Below are positions 9,453 through 18,617 of a stretch of 64,000 nucleotides of DNA, one piece after another. This DNA comes from an uncultured Clostridia bacterium (lineage in GTDB: Bacteria > Bacillota > Clostridia > Christensenellales > UBA1242), in contig CALWEJ010000002.1 of NCBI GenBank assembly GCA_944377165.1, positions 69,764 to 133,763 on the forward strand, given 5' to 3'. The notes beneath the pieces were generated by a model, which ran no database searches, was not told the origin of the DNA, and saw only the letters and a list, made by a program, of their open reading frames with translations. The translations under genes and the position numbers were made by a program. Positions within the stretch are counted from its first letter, which is position 1. Each line of letters starts with the position of its first letter.

Positions 9453-12200
9453 ATGATTAGATATATTCCGGGTAAAACTAGGGTCAAAACTGAATTTTTA
9501 AAAAATATTTCGTTGGGAGATATCATACTTGCGATAATCTGCCTTATATTTGCTATCGTGATTGTTGCTAGTAATTTATTTAAAATTGATGGTGTAGATT
9601 ATCGTTGGTATGCCCTACTCGGTTGGTTGGCCATTGCTATTGCTATGTACATACCAATTGACGAAGGATTGAGATTGTATAGTTCAATAGGACTTATTAT
9701 TAGATTCGCAGCCTTCCCTAAGAAATATATTAAGCCTTCTTCAGCAAAAAAATCTAGAGCTAAGTCTATTGAAAAAATTACACCTTTCTTTAAAATTGAT
9801 GTTGGTAAATTCATAGATTTTGGTGATTATTCAGGAATGGTGATTGAAATCCACCCTGTTGCGTTAGACCTTATGCAAGAATCTGCGCAAGATTCATTAA
9901 TTATGACTTTTAGTAAAGCGCTTAAACGTATATCGCAATATCAACGTGCGAGTTTAATTAAAAATGTTAAACCAATGAGATTTGATATTTTCTTGCATAA
10001 TGACGATAAGAAATTCGAACTTTTAAATGAACTATACGAAGCGGGACAATATTCTGAAGCAGAAATGGAAGCACGTTCAATTATATTCCGTGAGCGTGTT
10101 GATAGATTAAATAATGCTATTCGCGCAGAACCTGTATTACAAGACCACTATTATTTCGTGCTTTATGGTAATGACAGAGAAAACTTAGAAGAAACGTGTA
10201 TAGGTATTTGTAATGATTTAGCTACAGGACAATACACGATATCAGCCGACATATTAACTGAAAATGATTTAGTTAGTTTCTTAAAATCAAATTATCAGTC
10301 AGTGTATAGCGAAAGAGAGATTGAAGGTTTGGCTCCAAGTCAGTTTAATAACTGGATTATGCCAAATCAAGTAAACTTTAAAGTAGCACGTGTTGAAATC
10401 GATAAAAAGAATTATAAACAAATGGTGATTTCAGATTATCCGCTTGAAGTGGGTAATGGTTGGGCTTACACAATATTTGGACAACCGGGCACGCGTGTTA
10501 TAATGAACATTATGCCGGTTGATAAGGAAAAGGGCGAACGAACAATTGACCGTGCCGTAATGGAAAAAGAGTCTAAACTTGATAGAACGTTCCGTTCAAG
10601 TGAGATTATAGAAAAAGAAGCTGATATTGATTCGCTTCAAACATTGTTAAAAGACTTAAAAACTAACAATGAACAGTTATATGATATTTCTATTCATATG
10701 CGAGTTGAAGAAGAACGTCGTAAAGAAATTAGAAATGTATTAAAGCAGTATGGTTTTAAATATTCAGATTTGTTCGGTAGACAAGTAGATGCATTTATTT
10801 CGTCTAGCGTAAACAGAATTGATACCTTAAAACCATTCTATCGTAGTATGCCGTCAACTACTATTGCTGCATCGTTCCCTATGGTAGATTCAATAATGCA
10901 AGACCCAGCTGGCTTTGCTATAGGACAATCGTCCGCTAGTGGTTATCCTGTGTTTATCGATTTCTTCGTGCGTGATGCACGTAAAGGCCGTATTAACTCA
11001 AATATGATGGTTATAGGTAAGTCTGGTTCAGGTAAATCGTATGCTACTAAAACCATTCTAACAAACCTTGCCGCCGACCGAACAAAAATGTTCATTCTTG
11101 ACCCAGAGCAAGAATACGATGTTATGACTAGAAATCTTGGCGGAAAGGTTATTGACGTAGGTACTAACACATCTGGTATTCTAAATCCGTTCCATATAAT
11201 GGCATCACTTGAAGACTTAGACGCGGCTAATACTTCGGACAATATTGATAATGAAGCTATTGACGATATTGTGAAAAAGGGTAGTAATAAAACATTCTTT
11301 ACTCACTTACAGTTCTTAGAACAATTCTTCCGCGCAATTTTGGAAGGAATTAGTTCGGACGCGTTCGAAACATTGAATACTCTTGTCGTTGAATTGTATA
11401 ACAAAAAGGGTATTAATGAAAAGACGAATATCGGTAAATTAAAAGCGGAAGATTATCCAATATTTGACGACTTATTCGCACTGATTAAATCGAAAATTAA
11501 GACGGTTAAAGACCAGTTCTATCGAAACAACCTTTTGATACTTGAAACATATATTCAGAAGTTCGCTACTGGTGGACGAAATTCGGATTTGTGGAATGGA
11601 CCAACGTCAATTCTTACAGACGAAAACTTGATTACATTTAACTTCCAGACATTATTCGCTAGTAAAAATAATAAGCTTGCTAATGCACAAATGCTACTTG
11701 TATTCAAATATTTGAACAACGAAATTATTAATAATAAACGTTTTAACGAGCAATATTATCAACGTACTGGTAAAGATATTAAGCGACAAGTCGTAATTGC
11801 CGTCGATGAAGCACATATGTTTATTGACCCAGATAGTCCGGTCGCTTTGAACTTTATGGCGGAAATGGCTAAACGTATTCGTAAATATCAAGGTATGCAG
11901 ATAGTTATTACGCAAAATATTAAAGACTTTTTAGGTACACCTGAAATTCAACGTAGGTCAGCAGCAATTATTAATGCTTGTCAATACAGTTTAATTCTTC
12001 AGTTAGCGCCTAATGATATGGCTGACTTGTTGGAACTTTATAAATCAGCCGGCGGTATTAATGCGCGAGAGCAAGAAGGTATCGTCACTGCGCCACGAGG
12101 TAGAGCATTCTTTATTACAGGTCCAATGGATAGGTCATTCATTGATATTGTTGCATTTCCTAATGTTCAATACATTATGGGTGAAGGTCCTAAAAGATAG
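9453..12200 (+). CDS. virB4: T4SS ATPase, VirB4/TraE/TcpF family with N-terminal VirB3-like TM segment
   Basis: Two N-terminal TM helices, Walker A MVIGKSGSGKSY, Walker B VVIAVDEAHMF, 915 aa, RBS AGAAGGGG. Confidence 0.8.
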   Translation: MIRYIPGKTRVKTEFLKNISLGDIILAIICLIFAIVIVASNLFKIDGVDYRWYALLGWLAIAIAMYIPIDEGLRLYSSIGLIIRFAAFPKKYIKPSSAKKSRAKSIEKITPFFKIDVGKFIDFGDYSGMVIEIHPVALDLMQESAQDSLIMTFSKALKRISQYQRASLIKNVKPMRFDIFLHNDDKKFELLNELYEAGQYSEAEMEARSIIFRERVDRLNNAIRAEPVLQDHYYFVLYGNDRENLEETCIGICNDLATGQYTISADILTENDLVSFLKSNYQSVYSEREIEGLAPSQFNNWIMPNQVNFKVARVEIDKKNYKQMVISDYPLEVGNGWAYTIFGQPGTRVIMNIMPVDKEKGERTIDRAVMEKESKLDRTFRSSEIIEKEADIDSLQTLLKDLKTNNEQLYDISIHMRVEEERRKEIRNVLKQYGFKYSDLFGRQVDAFISSSVNRIDTLKPFYRSMPSTTIAASFPMVDSIMQDPAGFAIGQSSASGYPVFIDFFVRDARKGRINSNMMVIGKSGSGKSYATKTILTNLAADRTKMFILDPEQEYDVMTRNLGGKVIDVGTNTSGILNPFHIMASLEDLDAANTSDNIDNEAIDDIVKKGSNKTFFTHLQFLEQFFRAILEGISSDAFETLNTLVVELYNKKGINEKTNIGKLKAEDYPIFDDLFALIKSKIKTVKDQFYRNNLLILETYIQKFATGGRNSDLWNGPTSILTDENLITFNFQTLFASKNNKLANAQMLLVFKYLNNEIINNKRFNEQYYQRTGKDIKRQVVIAVDEAHMFIDPDSPVALNFMAEMAKRIRKYQGMQIVITQNIKDFLGTPEIQRRSAAIINACQYSLILQLAPNDMADLLELYKSAGGINAREQEGIVTAPRGRAFFITGPMDRSFIDIVAFPNVQYIMGEGPKR

Positions 12201-12202
12201 AG

Positions 12203-12236
12203 AAAAAATCGAGTATTTAATTTACTCGATTTTTTA
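12203..12236. terminator. bidirectional terminator between convergent genes
   Basis: ATCGAGTA (12208-12215) / TACTCGAT (12223-12230), flanked by an A-run upstream and a T-run downstream. Confidence 0.75.
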
Positions 12237-12252
12237 ATATATTTATTTTACT

Positions 12253-12699
12253 TTATATTTTTTCGCTTGTCTCATTTTCAGGTGTAGTAGGATTTGATTG
12301 CTTATTCTTCTTTACTAAAGATAATATTCCTGCGCTTAGAGTCATTGCTAATACTATTATCCATATTGTATAGATTATAAAAATAGAGAAATTTAAGTTC
12401 AATTTATATGTAGCTAAAGTTATTGGGAAACTAGCACATAATACAGTCGATATAATTAAAATTATTCCGCCGGCTTTTGCGTGTTTGTATGACACAATTC
12501 CACCGATTATTGCGAGTATAGAAGCGAATAACGAAATATAGGAAACGACGGTAAAGGGTAATACATTAATCTCATTATTTACTGTGATTATAAATGTTAT
12601 TGCAATAACCATTACAAGCATCATAAGCAAAGACATACAAAGTAATGCTAGCCCTCCAATAAGACCTAAGATTAAACCCAATTTATTATTAACTTTCAC
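12253..12699 (-). CDS. hypothetical integral membrane protein (4 TM)
   Basis: 148 aa, almost entirely hydrophobic helices with a polar C-terminal tail. No motif recognised. Confidence 0.55.
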   Translation of the reverse strand: MKVNNKLGLILGLIGGLALLCMSLLMMLVMVIAITFIITVNNEINVLPFTVVSYISLFASILAIIGGIVSYKHAKAGGIILIISTVLCASFPITLATYKLNLNFSIFIIYTIWIIVLAMTLSAGILSLVKKNKQSNPTTPENETSEKI

Positions 12700-12772
12700 T
12701 TTTATCTCCTTATTGATAAAATAAGCATAACATATGAAAAATTATATGTCAAATGATATAATAATCTTTTTA

Positions 12773-13309
12773 TTAAGTAATTTGGTCGCTTAGGTATTTG
12801 CTAAAAGCCTTGCAAACCTTTACACTGCTGTCATCAAAACACATATTTTCAGTAGCAAGTATGATTATTGCTCCTATAGCATCTCCGTCTTTTATTATAG
12901 GGACAATAAGTTGACAGGAATATTCACCCGATAAATCATTAAAGAATTTCAGCATATCACTACCGTCTGACTGCTTTTTAATAATGATTTCTTTGTTGTA
13001 AATTAATTCTTGCACTTCTTCGCTAAGTGTTTTATTTATGTACTTTTTTTTGTTTGAAGAAAGGACTTTTTCCATATCTGAAATTAGAACATCGTGTTCA
13101 ATGCTAACTGAAATAGCGCTGGCTACCGCATCACTATATTCCTTAAGGCTTGCCATATCGCTGTATTTTGTTAGCAAAAATTTATTTCCATCGACAATCC
13201 CTATTTCTAATTTTGTGCCCACACGTACATTTAACATTTTTCTCATTTCGCGTGGAAGAACTATTCTACCTAATTCATCAACTCGTCTTGTTATACCTTT
13301 TCCTTCCAT
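12773..13309 (-). CDS. spoVT: stage V sporulation protein T (AbrB/SpoVT N-domain plus GAF-like C-domain)
   Basis: From the internal ATG at 13309 (RBS AGGAGA) the product is 178 aa. GITRRVDELGRIVLPREMRKML is the swapped-hairpin AbrB fold motif. IVPIIKDGDAIGAIIILA parallels the B. subtilis SpoVT C-domain. Confidence 0.85.
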   Translation of the reverse strand: MEGKGITRRVDELGRIVLPREMRKMLNVRVGTKLEIGIVDGNKFLLTKYSDMASLKEYSDAVASAISVSIEHDVLISDMEKVLSSNKKKYINKTLSEEVQELIYNKEIIIKKQSDGSDMLKFFNDLSGEYSCQLIVPIIKDGDAIGAIIILATENMCFDDSSVKVCKAFSKYLSDQIT

Positions 13310-13396
13310 AAAATCTCCTAATCGTAGTATTGCGCAATTATTTATTTTTATGCGGTTAAAGTGCAAAGAAAATATAGGAAAGAATATAATTATATA

Positions 13397-14308
13397 TTAT
13401 TTATTGCTTTTGAATTGGCTTAATAATAGTAAATAACTTTCTTGCCCGCTTTTGCATAAATTAATTAAAATATTGCTAGAACTTTTCCAATCTTTAAAAC
13501 ACTTTTTGTATTCATTGTCGAATTTGTGGTCGATGTAAAAAGGAACTATTCCATTTTTCAAACATTCTTTTAGGGTAATAAGGCGACCGATTGCATCATT
13601 ATAATTATCAAATGGCGATATCTTTACAAAATAATATAAGAATTTAATAATCGCACCTAAATTTTTTGTCTTTAAATTATTGTAGCAATTAAGTAATGAA
13701 ACCAATTTGTTTTCATTGTCATTAATCTTGCTGTTTTCAGTTTCAGGGCTGAATTGATTTGATTTTTTATAAGAAAAAAATTCTTTTATTACACTATTAT
13801 CTGAAGAGTCCGTACCTTCATTTAATATGAAATATAACGTTTTAATAAAATCTTCATCTAACTTTTTGTTTGCATTGTCTATGACGTAGTCTATACATTT
13901 AAAGTGATTTTGTATTTTAACTAGCGTGTTAATAGCGGTTGATATTGGTAGGGTGGCAATATTGCTTGTTTCGAATATGTGCGCAATTTGATTTTCAGTT
14001 AAGCCATAGTTTTTCACATCAAGCGCGGAATACGTAAATTTTACTTGAGTTGCTTCGTACAATTTTCCTTCTATACATTCGTCTTTTTCTTTTTTAAGTG
14101 TTTGCAATAGTCCACAGTCAAAAGATATCTCATTTGTTTTGCATTTAAGGAAATTGCATATTTTATGTATCTTTTCTGGAGAAATATCATCACTTAATAG
14201 AATGCTTGACAAAGTCTTTGCGTCTATGCCTACCGAATTGATTAATTCAGTTATTTTACAACTTCGTTTAGTTAAAATCAAATTTAACTTTGCCATATTA
14301 ATCCGCAT
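13397..14308 (-). CDS. HTH plus Fic-like protein with degenerate active-site motif
   Basis: N-terminal XRE-type HTH (ITELINSVGIDAKTLSSIL). C-terminal SPFDNYNDAIGR stands in place of the Fic signature HPFx(D/E)GNGRxxR, so the catalytic His is absent. RBS AGGAGA. Confidence 0.5.
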   Translation of the reverse strand: MRINMAKLNLILTKRSCKITELINSVGIDAKTLSSILLSDDISPEKIHKICNFLKCKTNEISFDCGLLQTLKKEKDECIEGKLYEATQVKFTYSALDVKNYGLTENQIAHIFETSNIATLPISTAINTLVKIQNHFKCIDYVIDNANKKLDEDFIKTLYFILNEGTDSSDNSVIKEFFSYKKSNQFSPETENSKINDNENKLVSLLNCYNNLKTKNLGAIIKFLYYFVKISPFDNYNDAIGRLITLKECLKNGIVPFYIDHKFDNEYKKCFKDWKSSSNILINLCKSGQESYLLLLSQFKSNK

Positions 14309-14592
14309 AATTTCTCCTAATTTTTACTTTAATATTATACAAAATATGACATAATTAGTAAAGAATTTTGAACAATATTTAATTATTTTTTTACAAAAAT
14401 ATCAATATAGAGTATAATATGTTGAAAAATATTTTATTTTGTACAAAAATATATCGTAAAAATAATACGATTGATAGCATATATTATATAGACTATTAGT
14501 TTTATAAGGAATTTAAATAAACGAATATAAAAATAAGACAATGTAAATGTCAATTAGCATTGAAAATTCTTATTACAATAAAATTTAGTCTA

Positions 14593-14616
14593 AATAAAAA
14601 GCAGTCAGAAGACTGC
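14593..14616 (-). terminator. terminator downstream of the orphan tRNA-Arg 3' half
   Basis: On the minus strand: GCAGTC-TTCT-GACTGC followed by TTTTTATTTA. Confidence 0.7.
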
Positions 14617-14625
14617 TACAAATCT

Positions 14626-14669
14626 TGGTGACCCCGCCGGGACTCGAACCCAGAACAATTCCTTAGGAG
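14626..14669 (-). pseudogene. 3' half of a disrupted host tRNA-Arg(CCT), left junction of the island
   Basis: Minus strand reads CTCCTAAG-GAAT-TGTT-CTGGG-TTCGAGT-CCCGG-CGGGGTC-ACCA. This is an anticodon loop, T arm, acceptor 3' strand and CCA with no 5' half adjacent. Confidence 0.85.
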
Positions 14670-14812
14670 CAATAGAAAATCATTAAAATATCATTTCTAA
14701 CACCAATTTTATTAATTATCATCAAAATTATAGTCAATTTTGTCCAAAATCTCAACCAAATTGACTATCTTTTCTAACTTTTAATCAAACCTCTCCAAAA
14801 TCACGGTGACGA

Positions 14813-14853
14813 TTTGGTGCACTTTTGAGCAAAATTGCAGTTTGGGTGCACTT
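14813..14853 (+). promoter_or_regulatory. left-end copies of the TTTGG(G)TGCAC repeat (candidate integrase arm-type sites)
   Basis: TTTGGTGCACTTT at 14813-14825 and TTTGGGTGCACTT at 14841-14853. The same two motifs occur at 32451-32470 just inside the other island end, in the same orientation. Confidence 0.45.
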
Positions 14854-14893
14854 AGATAAAATTAAATAATTTAAACAATCTTTGCTACCACTA

Positions 14894-14921
14894 TTCAATT
14901 TTACAATTTTTGTGTTATAAT
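14894..14921 (+). promoter_or_regulatory. candidate promoter for the helicase gene
   Basis: TTCAAT at 14894-14899, 16-nt spacer, extended -10 TGtTATAAT (TG at 14913-14914, TATAAT at 14916-14921). RBS GGAGAAA lies before the ATG at 14945. Confidence 0.5.
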
Positions 14922-14944
14922 GTAAATATATTTGGAGAAATTGC

Positions 14945-17900
14945 ATGCTTAAAAGTATAGAAAATTTTGTAGAAAGTAAAGATAATGGTTTAATGCTTTT
15001 AGATCTACCAACTGGATTTGGTAAAACCGCTAGTGTTATTAATTTCATAAAGAACTTTATTAATAATGACTCACCAGTTGTTAAACGGGTTTATTTTGTC
15101 ACGAACCTAAAAAGCAATTTGCCAGAGAAACAACTTAAAGAATTGTTTGGAAACGCTTACAATGATTATTGCTTATATCTAAAACCATATTGGCAATCGG
15201 TTACCGAAAAGTGGAAATATATTCAAATCAATAATTCTGAAATTCTTAATTCAGATGAATATAAAAATTTAAATCTAGATATTGAAACTCTTTATAAATT
15301 TAGAGCCGATAAAGAAAAATTCAAAATTGAAAAAAACTTTGATCACGAATATAAACAGACAAAAAGATTGATTAAATCTTATGAACAAAAAATTGAAAAA
15401 GATACTGAAGTAAAATTTAGACAATTTATTAAAAAGAATTATCTATACAACAAATCAACAAATGACAAAGATAAGTTTCTTAACAGCAATAATTGGATAA
15501 TGGAATTATATCCAGCATGCAAACTTAAAGATGAAAAAATAAAAGTTGTCTTATCGAGCACTAAAAAGTTTTTTAGTCCAATAGATACTTTTTCGCGTAT
15601 GCCTTTTTACATTTATAACAACAATGCAATGATGGATAATACAGTAACATTTATTGATGAATTTGATACTACAAAGGAAACTTTACTTACCCAAATTATA
15701 GATGATGGTTTAAAGTTCGATATTGATATTTTTGCATTGTTTTTAAATATCTACTATTCGCTTACAAATTTGAAATTCCCAAATACGTTAATGAAGCTTA
15801 GTGATTATAGAAAAGAGAAAATCTCAAACGAAGAATGGGAAGACATTGAAACATTAAAAAAACAACTAGAATCACACTTTGTTCAAGTTTATAATGATTA
15901 TAATTTTGAATTGTTTACAAAAAGCAAAGGATTTGAAGAAAAAAAGGCTTTCATTTTTGATGATGGGAAAACTCTGAATATTTTTAATGATAATTCAAAG
16001 CGAGTACTCCATACTAAATTAGATAAAGATGAAAATAATATATCTTTATATGCTGAAACAAAAAGCTGTAAAGAGCAAAATGATAAGAGATTTGATAATG
16101 TATTGAGAAAGGTTAAGTTTGCTATTGATGATTTTGTAAATAAAACAGCATATATTTCAAAAAACTACACAGATTATAAAAATCAATCCTTAAAAGGTTA
16201 TAAAACAAAATACTCTTTTGAAGAGTCGGTATTGACCATTTTATCCGCCTTTAACATAGCAAATGAGTTTAAACAATACCTACTAGATCGTATAATAGAT
16301 AAGGATGCGAATTTAAAGTTGGATTTGCCACTAGATTCAGAATTTGAATTTATGCGTAAAGGGTTTGAGTTTACAGAAATTGAAGACGACCATAACCATG
16401 ATTTACAAACAAAATCTCACGCTTTCAAATTTGATACTACACCAGAAGATATAATAACCAAATTGAGCGTCAAGTCTCGCGTTGTGGGAATTTCCGCCAC
16501 TGCATCAATTGACACAGTTATTGGGAATTATGATATAGATTATCTTAAAAAAATTTTAAAAAATGATTTTTACATAATTCCAATAAATGATTATTCTAGG
16601 TTGGAAAATCAATTTTTAGATAGTCAAAAAATATACAATGATTACAAGATTGAAATAAACACTATTCCTATTGATGATTTTAATTTCTTCTCAGACAAAG
16701 AAAAATGCATAGAAATTATAAATTCATTATTTAATGATGAAAACAAAAAGTTTTATTTGGAACACCTTGAAAAGAATATTAGCAACTATCATTTCTTTAT
16801 AATCTGCAAACTTATGAAACTTTTTAAAGAAGTTGCTGAAAGTAAAAATCTGTATTCATTTTTAGCGTTTCTAAATTCATTCCCAACAACAAAAGATAAA
16901 ACTAAAAGCGAGCATTTTTTAGATAAAGATATTTTAGATAGAGCCATACAAGACTTGATATCTCAAAATAATTATGATAATCCCCCAATGTTGCACATTG
17001 TAAAAAGTAATAATTATGATGAAGAATTTATTAAGATTAATGGAGAATTAGCCGAAGGTAAAAAGGTTTTTGTTTTAAGTACATATAAAACCATTGGAAA
17101 TGGTAAAAATATTCAATATAACATCCCAAATCTAGAACAAATAGAACAAAATGTAATATTGTTTCCAGAAAACAAACCTCAAAAAGACTTTGATGCTATT
17201 TACCTCTCTACTCCTACGAATTTAATTCAAATGTTATCCTACAATTCTGAAAATAAAGTAAATGAGTTATGTAAATACCTTTTTCAGCAAGAATATTTGT
17301 ATCAGAAAAAATACATATATCATAGCGAAAGAAAGACAAACATTGAAGCTGGATTTAGAAAAACATTTTATGGTGATAAAATATTTTCTTCATATAAACG
17401 AAATCAAGATATATTATTACATACGGCACAATTGGTAATTCAAGCCGTTGGAAGAATCTGTAGATGTAGAAATAAAAATAAAACAATAAACATCTTTTAT
17501 GATCAAGAAGTTTTAAATAGATTAAGTATCATAAAAGATGAGTTATTAAGCGAAAGATTCATATTTAACAAAGAATTTCAACAATTGTTAGAGCAACCAA
17601 TAAAAAATGATGATTTAGAATTTGTAAAATATACAAACAAAAACAAAAAAGCTTTTGTAACTATTACAAAAATGTCTAAAGCTGTTAGGAAATCGGAACA
17701 AGCAGTTTTTGACTGGCAAGATCTACGAGATTTTGTTTTAAAGAATCCAACGTCAAACTATATACCAGATAAGTATAAAGAGTTATATTTTGAATTTGAT
17801 ATTGCTTATTCTGGGTATGCGTTTAAACTTAATAGTAAGCACGAATTTACAAAAATCTCATTTAACAATTCTTATGAAACAGATCAAGTTTCTGCAGAAG

Positions 17901-18385
17901 AATGTGAGTTGATTAGATTAATGAATATTCCAGAACTCAGAAAATATTTTGAAGAAAATGGTTATGCAACTGAATTTAAAAGTGGCAAATTCATTATGTC
18001 AGAATCGTTATATAAACAAGTTTACAAAGGAGCTTTGGGAGAAGTTATCGGTAAATATATTATTGATAAAGCTCTCGGTTACGATTTGGAAGAACTTGAT
18101 CATAATGGACAATATGAGGCTTTTGATTTCAAAATAAAAAACTTTTACTTTGATTTTAAACACTGGGACTACTTTATAAAAGATAATGATGGCTATTGTA
18201 ATTTTATAGAATGGAAGCTTAGTACAGTGCAAGGAGCAAAAGCTGTTGTTGCAAATATTCTTCAAAGAGGCAACCACAAAATAAATACATCTGTAGACGA
18301 TAAAATAATTCAAGTTCCTTATTTGATAAATGAAGAAAATGAAATAGATTATAAATTCATAGAAAACTTAATAGACATCATTTAA
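14945..18385 (+). CDS. large SF2 (DEAD/DEAH-like) helicase with C-terminal nuclease-like region
   Basis: Motif I LLDLPTGFGKTA, motif II TFIDEFD, motif III-like GISATAS, motif VI QAVGRICR. The C-terminal ~150 aa carry GEVIGKYI...EAFDFKI...FDFKHW, a possible PD-(D/E)xK signature. Confidence 0.7.
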   Translation: MLKSIENFVESKDNGLMLLDLPTGFGKTASVINFIKNFINNDSPVVKRVYFVTNLKSNLPEKQLKELFGNAYNDYCLYLKPYWQSVTEKWKYIQINNSEILNSDEYKNLNLDIETLYKFRADKEKFKIEKNFDHEYKQTKRLIKSYEQKIEKDTEVKFRQFIKKNYLYNKSTNDKDKFLNSNNWIMELYPACKLKDEKIKVVLSSTKKFFSPIDTFSRMPFYIYNNNAMMDNTVTFIDEFDTTKETLLTQIIDDGLKFDIDIFALFLNIYYSLTNLKFPNTLMKLSDYRKEKISNEEWEDIETLKKQLESHFVQVYNDYNFELFTKSKGFEEKKAFIFDDGKTLNIFNDNSKRVLHTKLDKDENNISLYAETKSCKEQNDKRFDNVLRKVKFAIDDFVNKTAYISKNYTDYKNQSLKGYKTKYSFEESVLTILSAFNIANEFKQYLLDRIIDKDANLKLDLPLDSEFEFMRKGFEFTEIEDDHNHDLQTKSHAFKFDTTPEDIITKLSVKSRVVGISATASIDTVIGNYDIDYLKKILKNDFYIIPINDYSRLENQFLDSQKIYNDYKIEINTIPIDDFNFFSDKEKCIEIINSLFNDENKKFYLEHLEKNISNYHFFIICKLMKLFKEVAESKNLYSFLAFLNSFPTTKDKTKSEHFLDKDILDRAIQDLISQNNYDNPPMLHIVKSNNYDEEFIKINGELAEGKKVFVLSTYKTIGNGKNIQYNIPNLEQIEQNVILFPENKPQKDFDAIYLSTPTNLIQMLSYNSENKVNELCKYLFQQEYLYQKKYIYHSERKTNIEAGFRKTFYGDKIFSSYKRNQDILLHTAQLVIQAVGRICRCRNKNKTINIFYDQEVLNRLSIIKDELLSERFIFNKEFQQLLEQPIKNDDLEFVKYTNKNKKAFVTITKMSKAVRKSEQAVFDWQDLRDFVLKNPTSNYIPDKYKELYFEFDIAYSGYAFKLNSKHEFTKISFNNSYETDQVSAEECELIRLMNIPELRKYFEENGYATEFKSGKFIMSESLYKQVYKGALGEVIGKYIIDKALGYDLEELDHNGQYEAFDFKIKNFYFDFKHWDYFIKDNDGYCNFIEWKLSTVQGAKAVVANILQRGNHKINTSVDDKIIQVPYLINEENEIDYKFIENLIDII

Positions 18386-18617
18386 CAAACAATTCCTTAC
18401 AAACTTTGTAGGTAATCTCAATCACATGGTCAACTTCAAGGTTATGAAGTTGACCTTTTTCTATGTCTAAATTAAAGTATTCTTTCCATTTGTCTTTTGA
18501 AAACCCTTTAACAAAAGCATCTTCAAGTTCACAAATTTTGTTTAATTGCAATTGCATTTCTGCAGACATTTTCTCAGTTTCGAGAATATCTCTGACTAGT
18601 TGTAAAACGTGGTTCAA
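18378..18617 (-). CDS. small hypothetical protein, paralog of 18944-19177
   Basis: TTG start preceded by GGAGGTG (8-nt spacing). Shares FV.G(L/F)(S/T)...(T)(Y/H)K(V/I)CK(E/D)(L/V)F with the other ~78-aa protein. Overlaps the upstream gene by 44 nt. Confidence 0.5.
   Translation of the reverse strand: MNHVLQLVRDILETEKMSAEMQLQLNKICELEDAFVKGFSKDKWKEYFNLDIEKGQLHNLEVDHVIEITYKVCKELFVK

Larger units (their letters stand above)
1472..12236. mobile_element. conjugative type IV secretion (ICE-like) gene module; boundaries undefined
   Basis: VirD4-like and VirB4-like ATPases are co-localised with a pilin-like protein and a VirB6/TcpH-like membrane protein. No integrase, relaxase or flanking repeat could be found for this block. 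Confidence 0.5.

Noticed and set aside
12253-14625. Search for a distal copy of the tRNA-fMet T-arm that would define the right end of an ICE containing the T4SS genes
   Set aside because: No such copy was found between 1245 and the core gene spoVT. The only other partial match (13 nt at 24145-24157) lies inside the other island. The ICE boundaries therefore remain undefined.
14626-14669. First interpretation: the orphan tRNA-Arg 3' half is the displaced native end of the intact tRNA at 32354-32430 (the classical tRNA-regenerating island)
   Set aside because: Its acceptor strand CGGGGTC cannot pair with the 5' strand GCAGCCG of that tRNA, whereas it pairs in full register with the orphan 5' half at 32556-32595. 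The intact tRNA is therefore island cargo.
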